Origin: Azolla caroliniana
Lineage: Eukaryota; Plantae; Polypodiophyta
Assembly (NCBI GenBank): GCA_043228905.1
Contig: JBHGNT010000015.1
Span: forward strand, 12,090,001 to 12,154,000
Direction: 5' to 3'
DNA length: 64,000 nucleotides
Both the position numbers and the translations under genes were made by a program. The notes beneath the pieces are model-generated. The model worked only from the letters and a program-made list of their open reading frames with translations, was not told the origin of the DNA and ran no database searches. Below, piece by piece: positions 13,153 through 25,394 of this stretch (position 1 is its first letter; the number at the start of each line of letters is the position of its first letter).

Positions 13153-14161
13153 TGATGACATTGGACATGTCTAGTCAACTATTGTATGTGTGGTTGGTCG
13201 ACTTGTTTGGAAGTGTGTGTGGATCTTCTTGATGAGAAACAAGCAAGAGAAGAGTAAGATTGAGATGGTGTTCTGTCCTGTTACAAAGTGTACACAAAAA
13301 CAAAATGTAGAGAGACAGATACACCAAGATAAGCAAAGAGATAGACTGTATTATTCATTCAACCAAAATGTACAAGGAGAAAGTTTCTCCTAGTTATACA
13401 AGAGGGAACCAAGCGCTAGTTATAGGGAGTGTTCACACTAGAATACAATGGTCGGAGTAGGACTTTTAATCCAACAAACTCCCCATAAAAGGACTAGTCT
13501 AATCATTACAACACTTCAAGGGTGATTTCCCCCATAAGTCTAACTATAATATAACTAAAATTACAAGATGTGAACTATTCTTCGAATCAAACGTGGTTGA
13601 GTTGGGTCCAATTGGCTTTGTCGACTCTTTGGCCTAGTCGGCTCTTCTGCCCAATCAACTCAATTGGCTCTTTAGTTCATTTGGCGTGGTTGGCTCTTTG
13701 GTTCGTTCGGGTCTGTGCTCCTTTTCCTACTTCCTTTGATTGAGTTGTTCCATCCTCTTCAACTTGTTGTAGTTCTATACATCTCCTTAGTGCTTTGAAA
13801 CGATTATCTGGGAACAACTTGGTGAGGCAATCAACAATGTTCACCTTAGTATCAATCTTTCAAACTTTGAGTTTCTTGTCGGTGATGAGCTCCCTGAATG
13901 TGATGATACCGTACCTCTATGTGCTTCATCTTTGCATGATACACCGGATTTCGCACGTGTGTATTGCGCTCTCTAAGTCGCAATGCAAGGTTGTGTCGAA
14001 TACATGTGTATAATGGACGTATTCACACTATCCCGTTTTGGCCATTTATGTAATTAGCATAAAGGGTAGTTGCCCTAAGTCGGTCACTATATATAGTGAC
14101 CTTGTAACCTTTTTGTAAGGTTGGGTGTTGTATTGTCTCTTTGAGAAATAGAAAGTCTTTT

Positions 14162-14197
<36 letters not shown>

Positions 14198-14284
14198 AAC
14201 GACTTAGAAACTGTCATACGCAGGTAATTAGAAAGAATCGAATGCTTCTTGATCTTCCGCATTGACGACCTCGTCTCCAACATC

Positions 14285-14296
14285 TGGTATCAGAGC
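14285..14296 (+). promoter_or_regulatory. Primer-binding site (tRNA-iMet)
   Basis: TGGTATCAGAGC, 2 nt after the LTR end. Confidence 0.93.
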
Positions 14297-14926
14297 AGAG
14301 GTTCGGCCGTCATCACCGCCTGCACAGCATTCGGTTCTTCACTTCATCACGGCCTGCACAGTATTCGCGTCATTCGAAGAAAGAGAGAAGAAGAACAAAA
14401 ACGAGGTTTGCACCTCATCGCGTTAGATCCTCTTGCTTGGAGTAAGCCATCAGGTTGTACTCTGTTCCTTGTGATCGTAACCGCTCGAGGTGAAATCCCC
14501 TTGTGCATCATTGACACGATCGTGCTCCATTCGGTTAAACGGCATCCGAAAAGGTCATTAAACGCTGCTCGCTGCTCGTTGTAACCACTCGGTGCAGATC
14601 GGTCTCAAGACAACAACCCCAATTCGTGCTTCATCCGGCTGATCGACATTCGAGAGGATCAGTTGGATCTGTCTCTCTCGTCGCTGCAGCCACCCGAAGC
14701 AGAATCGGTCCAGATAATCGGTTTCAATAATCGGTATTCGGCAACATTCGGGAAGACCAGTCGGTTCTGTCCCTCAAGCTACCGAAGTCAATTCGAGCAA
14801 GCTCCGAAGCCGAACCGACTCGGGTTCAAATCCGACTAGAACGATATCGGGTGAGCCAACCGGTTGCACCCCAACAAGGTTCGTAGTCAACTCCGAACCG
14901 AGCTTCGTCAACCGAAACCGAATTTG

Positions 14927-17900
14927 ATGGCATCAACATCCGGCTCGTCAGAAATGAGTCTCCGAAAGTTCGATGGATCGAACTTCAACTTTTGGAAGGA
15001 ACAAATGCAGGACTATCTCATAGTCAAGGGGCAAATCGATCCCATCGAAAATGAAGAACCTCCAGAAGGATACAAACCAATTGAGTGGCAGAAGCTGGAC
15101 AGAATCGTCCGCGCCACGATTCGGATGCACCTATCGGAATCGGTATACTTTACGGTGCAATCGTGTACGACAGCATTCGAACTGTGGAAAACACTGTCGG
15201 ACACTTACGAAAAGAAGGTCGCCGCAACGAAGATGTTTCTGATCCGGCGCCTCTACAACTTGCGGATGAAAGAATCCGATTCGGTTCAAGCACACCTCAA
15301 TGAGTACGAAAGCATAAGCTCCCAAATCTCATCTCAAGGGACGGCAATCGAGGATGAACTCAGAGCAATGATACTCATGAGCAGCCTTCCCTCATCATGG
15401 GAAACTTTCGTCACAACTGTGTGCAACGCGTCAACCACGGCTGTTAAATACTCCGAAGTCACGAGCGCAATCCTGACCGAAGCAGCTCGGAGAAAGTCTT
15501 TCGCCAAAGACTCAACAGACGACGCTTACGTAGTACAAGGTTCGACAGACCGATCGAACATACGAGGAAGAGATTCCTCACGGCCGCCGAACAATCAGCG
15601 AAGACGGAGCCAGTCACGAGATAACCGAATCTGCAACTATTGCAAGAAACCCGGACACATCAAAGCCGACTGTCGCGCACTCAAGAACAAGAACAACAAG
15701 AAGAGTGGCCGGCATGAGGAGATCAATTACGTCAGCTTCTCAGCTGATGTGCTACCAGACGACCCGAATATACTATCAATCGAAAATCCAGTCGGATCAG
15801 AAGTTCTACTCACGACTGAAGAGTCGAGCACATGGCTCTTAGATTCGGGCGCGTCATTTCACGTGACTCCTCATCGATCCCAATTTCGGCAATATACGAT
15901 CCGTCACTCCGACTCAGTTCGAGTCGGCAACTCACAACACTGTGACATCATCGGAATCGGCACAGTAGAGCTCAACCTTGCAGGGGGCTCTACACTTGTA
16001 CTCCACAATGTCCGACATGTACCCGAGCTCTCAAGGCCATTGATCTCAGTCGGACAACTAGATGAAGACGGCATTCGTGCCGGTTTTTCTTCGGGAGGGT
16101 GGACACTCCACAGGGGGAACCTCCTGCTTGCTAGAGGACCCAAGATACACTCACTGTATCCGTTACATGTTACGCTCAGAGAGGGTAACCTGTTTTTGGT
16201 GGATATTCCTGTGTCATCACTATGGCACAGAAGATTAGGACACCTCAGCAAGGCCGGCATCACGCATCTATCTAGAGCCGGATACATCCCCAAACTCTCC
16301 TTCTCCGACCATCAATTTTGCGAGCATTGCCAGTATGGCAAACAAGCAGCCGCATCCCACCCGACATCAGCACCAAGAGAAACGAGACCTCTCGATTTAG
16401 TCCATTCGGACGTCTGTGGCCCAATGCCGCATCAGTCTCTAGGCGGTGCCTCTTACTTTGTCACTTTTATTGACGATTCGACTCGAAAGGTGTGGGCTTA
16501 TCCGATTCGCACCAAAGATCGGGTCTTCTCGATCTTCTCAGATTGGCTCGCTATGGTAGAAAATCAAACCGACCGAAAACTGAAATGCTTTCGGACCGAC
16601 AATGGGGGAGAGTTCAAATCCGATGAATTCGTCAAATTCTGCCGACAACGCGGCATCCGACGTGAATTTACGGCACCACACAGTCCGGAGCAAAACGGGA
16701 TTGCAGAACGAATGAATCGGACAATCCAAGAAAGGATAGTTTCCATGCTCCAACACTCCGGACTGTCGGATGGCTTCTGGGCAGAGGCTCTACTCACGGC
16801 AGTACACATAATCAATATGTCGCCAAGTAGACCTCTAGGACTTCAAATTCCTCAGGAACTATGGATCGGCAGTAAGCCGAATTACGACAAGCTGAGGATC
16901 TTCGGATGCGAGGCGTACGCCCTTATTCCGAAAGATGATCGCCGAAAACTTGCACCTCGGTCCAGGAAATGCATTTTCCTTGGATATGGATCAGACGGCG
17001 AAATGGGATACCGACTCTGGGACCCCGAACGCAGACAAATCGTTCGAAGTTCGGACGTTGTGTTCAACGAGTCGGCTATGAATCCATTAGTCGAAAAACC
17101 GATCGAAGTCCGAAGGGTAACATTTTCCGATGTGCCGACCCTTCAAGAAGGCCCCGCTCTCAACACACGGTCAGCTTCACGGGTAGCTGAACCTTACACT
17201 ACCGACTCGGACAACTCCGACTCGGCACAGCAGAACAATCCGCTTTCGGACCATCCGACCTCGATACCCGATGCGACCAGTCCAATCATACCTCGACGAT
17301 CCGAGAGACTGTTGCAACCTCCGGAGAGGTATTCTCCTGGAATTTTCTTCACCGACGCCGGCGAACCGACGTCTTACGAAGAAGCATCGACATCTGTCGA
17401 TTCAGCCACCTGGCATCTGGTGATGGAGTCGGAAATGCACTCCATTCGGGCAAACAAGACTTGGGATCTGGTCGAATTACCTAGGAACCGACGTGCTCTT
17501 CCTTGCAAGTGGGTTTATCGACTAAAAGAGACGTCTGATTCGACCACCCCAAAGTACAAGGCCAGATTAGTTGCGAAGGGCTTCCGACAAGAATATGGCG
17601 TCGACTTCGACGAGATTTTTTCACCAGTGGTGAAAATGACAACCCTTCGTTTCCTGCTCGGCGTCGTGGCAGCCGACAACTTGGAGCTGATTCAGCTAGA
17701 TGTCAAAACAGCCTTCCTCCATGGTGATCTCGAGGAGGAAATTTATATGGAGCAGCCAAAAGGCTTCGTGGCAACTGGCCAAGAACATCTAGTCTGCCGA
17801 CTCAGGAAGAGTCTATACGGCCTCAAACAGGCACCGCGACAATGGTACAAGAAGTTCGACGACTTCATCCAATCGATCGGCTTCTCAAAAAGCGATGAGG

Positions 17901-18940
17901 ACCATTGTCTCTTTACCAACACAGCTCAAGATGGATCACCCATCTTCCTCATCATTTACGTGGACGACATGCTAATTTCTGGACGCCACGCGGGCGAACT
18001 TGCCGATCTCGTTCGGCAACTGCGGTTGAAGTTTGCCATGAAGGACCTCGGTCCGGCACGACACATCCTTGGCATGAAAATTAGTCGGCATCGCGATAAA
18101 CGACATCTTTTTTTGTCTCAGACCGACTATATCGGACGTGTCTTGGAACGCTTCAACATGCAATCAGCCAAATCTGCTTCAACCCCGCTCCCCATGAATC
18201 TTCGGCTCTCTCAGCGAGACTGCCCGACATCCGGTCCGGAGGGGGAAGATATGAAGTCGGTACCGTATGCACCGGCAGTCGGCTCCCTTATGTACCTGAT
18301 GGTCGCGACACGGCCTGATATTTCTCACGCCGTAGGAGTCGTTAGCAAATTTATGCACAATCCTGGCCGATCGCATTGGAACGCAGTCAAGCATGTGTTC
18401 AGATATCTGGCTGGCACAAAAGACCACGGCATTCTTTTCGGTCCGAACCGAACCTCAGGCGTAGTCGGTTACACCGACTCGGATTTCGCCGACTGTATAG
18501 ACAGTCGGAAATCAACAACCGGATACTGCTTCAAATTCGGCAATGGAGCAATCTCGTGGAAGTCGAAACTTCAGGAGTGCACAGCGACCTCAACGACCGA
18601 AGCAGAATATGTAGCTGCGTCCGACGCAGCAAAAGAAGCTCTGTGGCTCGGCCGGCTGGCGCACACGTTTCGGCAAGTCGACCACGACTCGACTCCAGTT
18701 GTCTACAGCGACAGTCAAGGTGTTGTTGCCCTGTCGAAAAATCCGGTTCACCACAACGCCTCCAAACATATCGACGTTCGATATCACTTCGTTCGGGACT
18801 GCGTCATTTCAGGGAAAATCGGTCTAGAGAAAATATCCACAACCGACAATGTCGTAGATGGAATGACCAAGTGTCTTTCGGCAGACCGTTTTCGGTCTCT
18901 TCGGCATCAGATGGGCGTAACGACAAACCAGCCCGGTTAG
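14927..18940 (+). CDS. Copia Gag-Pol polyprotein (gag, CCHC knuckle, protease, integrase, RT, RNase H), uninterrupted
   Basis: Motifs CNYCKKPGHIKADC, WLLDSGAS, HSDVCGP...RTDNGGEF...NGIAER, YVDDML and KHIDVRYH. First ATG at 14927; the ORF-track TTG start at 14864 is unlikely. Confidence 0.95.
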   Translation: MASTSGSSEMSLRKFDGSNFNFWKEQMQDYLIVKGQIDPIENEEPPEGYKPIEWQKLDRIVRATIRMHLSESVYFTVQSCTTAFELWKTLSDTYEKKVAATKMFLIRRLYNLRMKESDSVQAHLNEYESISSQISSQGTAIEDELRAMILMSSLPSSWETFVTTVCNASTTAVKYSEVTSAILTEAARRKSFAKDSTDDAYVVQGSTDRSNIRGRDSSRPPNNQRRRSQSRDNRICNYCKKPGHIKADCRALKNKNNKKSGRHEEINYVSFSADVLPDDPNILSIENPVGSEVLLTTEESSTWLLDSGASFHVTPHRSQFRQYTIRHSDSVRVGNSQHCDIIGIGTVELNLAGGSTLVLHNVRHVPELSRPLISVGQLDEDGIRAGFSSGGWTLHRGNLLLARGPKIHSLYPLHVTLREGNLFLVDIPVSSLWHRRLGHLSKAGITHLSRAGYIPKLSFSDHQFCEHCQYGKQAAASHPTSAPRETRPLDLVHSDVCGPMPHQSLGGASYFVTFIDDSTRKVWAYPIRTKDRVFSIFSDWLAMVENQTDRKLKCFRTDNGGEFKSDEFVKFCRQRGIRREFTAPHSPEQNGIAERMNRTIQERIVSMLQHSGLSDGFWAEALLTAVHIINMSPSRPLGLQIPQELWIGSKPNYDKLRIFGCEAYALIPKDDRRKLAPRSRKCIFLGYGSDGEMGYRLWDPERRQIVRSSDVVFNESAMNPLVEKPIEVRRVTFSDVPTLQEGPALNTRSASRVAEPYTTDSDNSDSAQQNNPLSDHPTSIPDATSPIIPRRSERLLQPPERYSPGIFFTDAGEPTSYEEASTSVDSATWHLVMESEMHSIRANKTWDLVELPRNRRALPCKWVYRLKETSDSTTPKYKARLVAKGFRQEYGVDFDEIFSPVVKMTTLRFLLGVVAADNLELIQLDVKTAFLHGDLEEEIYMEQPKGFVATGQEHLVCRLRKSLYGLKQAPRQWYKKFDDFIQSIGFSKSDEDHCLFTNTAQDGSPIFLIIYVDDMLISGRHAGELADLVRQLRLKFAMKDLGPARHILGMKISRHRDKRHLFLSQTDYIGRVLERFNMQSAKSASTPLPMNLRLSQRDCPTSGPEGEDMKSVPYAPAVGSLMYLMVATRPDISHAVGVVSKFMHNPGRSHWNAVKHVFRYLAGTKDHGILFGPNRTSGVVGYTDSDFADCIDSRKSTTGYCFKFGNGAISWKSKLQECTATSTTEAEYVAASDAAKEALWLGRLAHTFRQVDHDSTPVVYSDSQGVVALSKNPVHHNASKHIDVRYHFVRDCVISGKIGLEKISTTDNVVDGMTKCLSADRFRSLRHQMGVTTNQPG

Positions 18941-20256
18941 AGCCGGACACAGAGCAGGATGGTTCCCGACAACCGACATCAGTTCCTTAATGATCGGCTT
19001 CAACTGTTCCGACCCGACCAGTTCGGTCTTCTGCCTTCGGACCCTGCCGACTCGAACAAAGCTGATATGTCCGAGAACCCAAGTCTATACCTGTAATCTT
19101 AGATAACCCATGTATACGCCCATTACGGGGGAGTGTCGAATACATGTGTATAATGGACGTATTCACACTATCCCGTTTTGGCCATTTATGTAATTAGCAT
19201 AAAGGGTAGTTGCCCTAAGTCGGTCACTATATATAGTGACCTTGTAACCTTTTTGTAAGGTTGGGTGTTGTATTGTCTCTTTGAGAAATAGAAAGTCTTT
19301 TGTGTCTCTCTCTCTCTCTCTCTCTGTGCAACGACTTAGAAACTGTCATACGCAGGTAATCAGAAAGAATCGAATGCTTCTTGATCTTCCGCATTGACGA
19401 CCTCGTCTCCAACAGGTTGGAATAATTTGGACAATTCGGCTCTTGGCCGAAAAATCGATCGACAGTCATTACAGCTAGAGATAGCTTCCTTGGTTGTTTC
19501 GGACACGGCAATGTATTCGGCCTCTATTGTGGAAAGAGCCATACATTCTTGGAGTTTTGACCTCCATGAGATTGCTCTGCCTACGTAGGTGAACACATAA
19601 CCTGATGTTGACTTTCAATTGTCGGTATTTCTGGCATAATCAGAGTCAATGAAGCCTTCAACCTTGGTCAAATGTCCCGAACTGAATGTCAATTGCATAT
19701 CTATTGTTCCCCCAAGGTATTTTCTCAATGTGTCTTCCTTGGGTTTGACATGTAGCGGTTGGTAGCGCCTACGGTATACGCAAGGTTGGGTCGAGTAGCT
19801 ACCATCGTGTACATGACACTTCCTATTGCCAATGGGTAGGGGATCTCTCTCATTTGCTGAATCTCGACCTCTATGGAGGGAGGCACTTTGTCTGATAGTC
19901 AGATCGAAGTGGGTGTAGAATCAATGTGGATTTTAACTTGTCCATGCCGCGATAGTATTGAGATTGTCTACAATCTATCGGTACCCACAAGCCATCTTAC
20001 AACCACTAGAAAAGAAAATGTATTAATCTTGGATAAGAAACTTACAACAATGAATGGGATCCCCATAAAGATACCACTAGATTGAGCACTGAGCAAAGTG
20101 ATTTCATATCTAGTGAAAGTCTTGGTTGATTCTTCATTCGGATATACTTGGATTGGGAGAGCCATAGGGTGTTTTCTGTCCTATCTCGCTCTATCGTCAT
20201 GTTCAGAATGTGTCAAGCTTCTCCAAGTTCCTTCATCAAGAATTTCTCGTGAAGTT

Positions 20257-21978
20257 GTTGCTTCAATTTCCCGATGTTGGCTCTATCGCAGCCTACGATT
20301 AACATGTTTTCCATATAAAGGATTAGATATATCTGGGATTCTTCGGATGTGCCTCTAACATACATACATGGGTCAAAGTTGGATCAAAGTTGTCGAATGT
20401 GGGAGTCGAATTTTTTGCACCACATACGCGGCGCTTGTTTTAAACCATAAAGACTTTTCTTCAGTCGGCATACGAGGTGACCTTCCTCCCCTGTTGTTGT
20501 GAAACTTGCCAATTAAGACATATAAATGTCTTCCTCTAGATCTCTATGTAGAAATGTCATCTTTGTGTCCATTTGCTCAAGCTCTGGGTCTTCGGTCGCG
20601 ACGACTCCTTAAAGGAGCTAAAGGGTTGTTGTCTTGACTACAGGAGAAAAGATCTCATTGTAGTCGACTCCATGTTCTTGCTTAAACCCCTTTGTGACGA
20701 GTCAAGCTTTATATTTGGGTTGATCCGAACCAAATACATACTTGTATCTGTACACCCATTTGCATGGCAGTGGCTTTCTACCGATTAGTAGAGGAACCAG
20801 CTCCCATGTGTCGTTCTCTTTTATAGAGTCCATTTCGGATATCATGGCTTTATAACATGTTTTGGCATCCGGGGTGGTTATTATTAGCTTCTTCCTAAGA
20901 GCATGGTTTGTCAGGGTCCGTACAGTTGACATAGTCGAAGCCCGATTGATAAAAATCTATAAGCTATCAGACTCATCCAAATCTCCTCAGTGCTGAAATG
21001 ATTGGTTCAATTTCGTATTAGTCGGCATTGTTTGAACCCCCGGTTGGAGATCTTGTGCGGGATCCGCTATTGCAATTTCCTTGCATCTGTGTTAGATCTA
21101 CGCTTACCATGAGAGTAGTTGCTTCAATTTCCCGATGTTGGCTCTATCGCAGCCTACGATTAACATGTTTTCCATATAAAGGATTAGATATATCTGGGAT
21201 TCTTCGGATGTGCCTCTAACATACATACATGGGTCAAAGTTGGATCAAAGTTGTCGAATGTGGGAGTCGAATTTTTTGCACCACATACGCGGCGCTTGTT
21301 TTAAACCATAAAGACTTTTCTTCAGTCGGCATACGAGGTGACCTTCCTCCCCTGTTGTTGTGAAACTTGCCAATTAAGACATATAAATGTCTTCCTCTAG
21401 ATCTCTATGTAGAAATGTCATCTTTGTGTCCATTTGCTCAAGCTCTGGGTCTTCGGTCGCGATGACTCCTTAAAGGAGCTAAAGGGTTGTTGTCTTGACT
21501 ACAGGAGAAAAGATCTCATTGTAGTCGACTCCATGTTCTTGCTTAAACCCCTTTGTGACGAGTCAAGCTTTATATTTGGGTTGATCCGAACCAAATACAT
21601 ACTTGTATCTGTACACCCATTTGCATGGCAGTGGCTTTCTACCGATTAGTAGAGGAACCAGCTCCCATGTGTCGTTCTCTTTTATAGAGTCCATTTCGGA
21701 TATCATGGCTTTATAACATGTTTTGGCATCCGGGGTGGTTATTATTAGCTTCTTCCTAAGAGCATGGTTTGTCAGGGTCCGTACAGTTGACATAGTCGAA
21801 GCCCGATTGATAAAAATCTATAAGCTATCAGACTCATCCAAATCTCCTCAGTGCTGAAATGATTGGTTCAATTTCGTATTAGTCGGCATTGTTTGAACCC
21901 CCGGTTGGAGATCTTGTGCGGGATCCGCTATTGCAATTTCCTTGCATCTGTGTTAGATCTACGCTTACCATGAGAGTA
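20257..21978. repeat. 861-bp near-perfect tandem duplication inside the degenerate Copia RT region
   Basis: Units 20257-21117 and 21118-21978. ORF pairs 20573/21434, 20702/21563 and 21028/21889 are each offset by 861. Confidence 0.95.
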
Positions 21979-24577
21979 TTCATCCAACTCATTTGTGCCG
22001 CTGCCGGTTCAGATCAGTCGATTGGCATGCTAGTTGATTCGGTCCTACTTATTGCATTTATAGCTAGTTTAGCCTGGTTGGTCAAATCACTAACCACTTT
22101 GGGTTTTGCATTCGGCATTTCATCCTCAAACTTAGTCAAAGAATATTCCAAACTAGCTCTCTTCCCGATTCGGGGCTTTGTTTGGACTGAGTTGATTGAG
22201 TCTTCATTGAAGACTACATCACTACTTCAAATCAACTTCTTGTGCTCTAGGTCCCATACCCAAAAGTCGAAATTCCCATCCGTCCCATAGACAAGAAAGA
22301 TGCATTTTCTCGAATGGGATATGCGAAGTTGGTCATAGTTCGGTTATGTACCTGGCCATAGTGCTTGTGGCACTTGAAGCTTGATGGCTTTAGACGGCAA
22401 GAGATTTATCAAGTATACAGTAGTCTGCACCGCTTTCGCCTAGAATTCCAGCTTGAGTCCTGCGTGTTGGAGCATTGTCATCACTCTTTCTTGAATTGTC
22501 TGGTTCATTCGTTCGGCTACACCATTCTGCATCAGGGTGTAGGGAATGTTTCATTGATTCTGGATTCCTCTTTTGGATAGGTACTTGACGAAGGCTTTTG
22601 GAGGTGTACTCTCCTCCATTGTTTGGCAAAAAAGTTTTCACCTTGTGGTCGGATCGGTGTTCACCTTCGGTTATCCATCGGGCGAATGTCTCAAGCACTT
22701 TGTCCTTAGACTTAATTGAGTAAGCCCAAACCTTGTGTGTATAATCATTTATGAACGTGATGAAGTACCGTGTGCCTCCTAGAGATCTTTCAGGCATTGG
22801 CCCACACATGTCACTGTGAATTAGCTCCAAGGACTGTCTTACCATCTCATAGTGAATTGAGTGAGGTCTTCGGGTTTGCTTCCCATATTAGGAAAGCTCA
22901 CAGAAATCGGACTTAGCATGATTAAGCTTCGGGATGTAGCCGAGTGCTAAAAGCTTTTTGAGTCCACTTTGTGACATGTGGTCAAGTCGACCATGCCACA
23001 ATGATGGTGCCAACATTTTAGCTACATTAAGTGAACCTCCTGACTAATCACTGTGAGTGGGTACCAGTTATTGTACCTCACACCATGGCTCATGTGTAAA
23101 TTTCCTTTTGAAATTTTCAATGACGACTCATTAGTGTCATCTGGCACCTATCTTCGGCCATCATGTTGGTGGAGAAAAGACTCCTCTTCATATTAGGTAC
23201 GTACCAAACTTGGTGCAGGGTGATCAAGCTTCCTTCCATTTGGTAGCCGAATGGGTATTTGACCTATTCCATCGATTCGGCACTCTTGTCTGTTGAATAT
23301 GGGTGTATAATGTTCTTATTCACATTATCCCACTTGGACATACTAGGTTTAGGACAATTATGTAAATATGTCGAAGGGCAACTGCCCTAGCCCAGCTGAT
23401 GTATAATTGGTTGGCTTTGTAACCTAGTTTATGATGATGTTGTAAGTGCTATTCTTGTATTGTAACGTTTGGAATAAGATTGTTACATTGTCTACCTCTC
23501 TCTCACACATTCTATATATCTATCTCATAGGTCATATTTGACCTCCGAAGACAATAATATAATCTATCTATCTATCTCTTTGATCTTGATATTTGTTAAG
23601 TTGCCTTGCTAATCTCTGTCATCAACTTGGTGATCTTCATTACATAGTGTTGTTCACATTTCGCACTAACAGCTTGAGTCTCCAACATTTGGTATCAGGG
23701 TAGAGGTTGCTAATCTGCTGGTAGTCGTCAATTGTCTCCTACAACATTCTTGCACTCAACCCCCTAAAGACCCCAAGTTGTTTCAAGTTCTGGAACAAAC
23801 TCCAGATTTCAGTTGAACTAAAGTTTCTGGATCGACAACTTTCTCAAGATAGTATCTCATGAGAAGAGGAATCAGAAGAATTGCACTCCACTGAGCTAGA
23901 TCACCCTTGAAGTGGCCAAACGGTTGTACTTTGTCTAAGTTGTGATTGTAGCCGCTCGGAGTGAGATTTTTCATCAAAAATGTCTCAATCGTGCTTCATC
24001 AAGTTAGACAGCAATCAGATAGGTCATCCAACATTGTTCACTTGGTTGTTGTAACCACTCGACATAGATTAGGCCTAAAACACAATTCCATCCGTGTTCC
24101 ATTTTGCTAGGCATTATTCGGATAGGCTAGTCGGTGTTGTCCATCTACAAGTTGTAGCCACTCGGTGCAGGATTGACTTCAAAAAAGGCACAAATGGCAT
24201 AAAATCTGTGATCAGTGATCAAATCGGCATGAGGAATAGGATTGACACTAACCATGCTCAATTTGGCTAGGCAATATCTGGGAAGAACAATCGGCTCTAT
24301 CCCTCCACTTGTCGTAGCCACTCCGAGTAGGTTTGGTATCCATTGTCATCCTGATTCAAATCGGCATTTGTGATTGATCGGCAAATTTGGGTCCAATTCA
24401 ACTAGGCATGAAATCATCCATAGCCACTCTCGTTAGAACACACCGATAGTCAATGCTGATTCAGCTCATGTTCAAACTCCGCTAGAACAAATTCGGGTGA
24501 GCCAATTGGCCGCACCTTCTTATCGTTCGTAGCCAACTAAGAATAGAGCTCTTACTAGCCGACACAGGTGGCCTTAA

Positions 24578-25394
24578 TGACGTGAACGCAACGCTCCTTA
24601 TGCACAAAGCTCGGCCACAACCGAGCTTAGAATCATACACAGAAAACAGGAAACCGAAAACACGCGACACAAAAGGAGAGAAGAGGTACACAGGATGTTT
24701 ACGTGGAAAACCCCAAACTAGGGGAAAAACCACGGCAGCCCACAAGCTGCAAACTATCACTAGGTTAGTATGTACAACAGTGAGTTCACGGAGGCAACTA
24801 CCTCGTGCTCACGATCTTCGCCACAGGTGGCGGTTACAGCAGAGGCAACGACCTCTTTCTCTCTCTCTCTCTCTCTTTGTACATTGTTTCACGCTCTGAT
24901 CTCACGCAGACAGGAAATAATAACAACAACAACCATTTCTAAAAGTTTGCCCTAAGTCATATTTATACTAATATGACTTTTCGGCTATTTACAAAATATA
25001 GCCTCGATGGACTCTCAGAAACATATTTACGAATATGTCTCTTCATCCGGTTCTCACCGGGTCTGCACCATCCGGCTTTCCGTAGCCGGGTACTCCTCAT
25101 CCGGTTCTCACCGGGCCTACACCATCCGGCTCTCCGTATCCGGGTACTCCTCATTCGGATCTCACTGGGTCTACACCATCCGGCTCTCCGTAGCCGGGTA
25201 CTCCTCATCCGGTTCTCACCGGGCCTGCACCATCCGGCTCTCCGTAGCCAGGTACTCCTCATCTGGTTCTCACCGGGTCTGCACCATCCGGGTCTCCGTA
25301 GCCGGGTACTCCTCATACGGTTTCGGCCTCGGCCGAGTTTGTTCACCAGCACTGTTCTTTTCTCTTCCCATCCGGAGGGACCTGTCTCCCAACA
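24578..25394 (-). mobile_element. Solo LTR (817 bp) with an internal 54-bp tandem array
   Basis: TG...CA termini; 5-bp TSD CTTAA at 24573-24577 and 25395-25399. Related to the LTR at 52813-53358. Confidence 0.9.
25041..25320. repeat. 54-bp tandem repeat, about 5 copies
   Basis: Unit ctcatccggttctcaccgggtctgcaccatccggctctccgtagccgggtactc. Confidence 0.93.

Larger units (their letters stand above)
13994..19414 (+). mobile_element. Full-length, very young Ty1/Copia LTR retrotransposon
   Basis: LTRs 13994-14282 and 19134-19414 (TG...CA) differ by one substitution and four CT units. TSD GGTTG at 13989-13993 and 19415-19419. PBS TGGTATCAGAGC at 14285-14296. PPT ggggggag before 19134. Confidence 0.97.

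Noticed and set aside
14864-14926. TTG-initiated N-terminal extension of the Copia polyprotein
   Set aside because: Eukaryotic context, and other copies begin at the MASTS ATG.
14948-18990. Many antisense and alternate-frame ORFs over Copia pol (also at 48581-51365)
   Set aside because: Shadow ORFs of a GC-rich coding sequence, shared only because the copies are near-identical.
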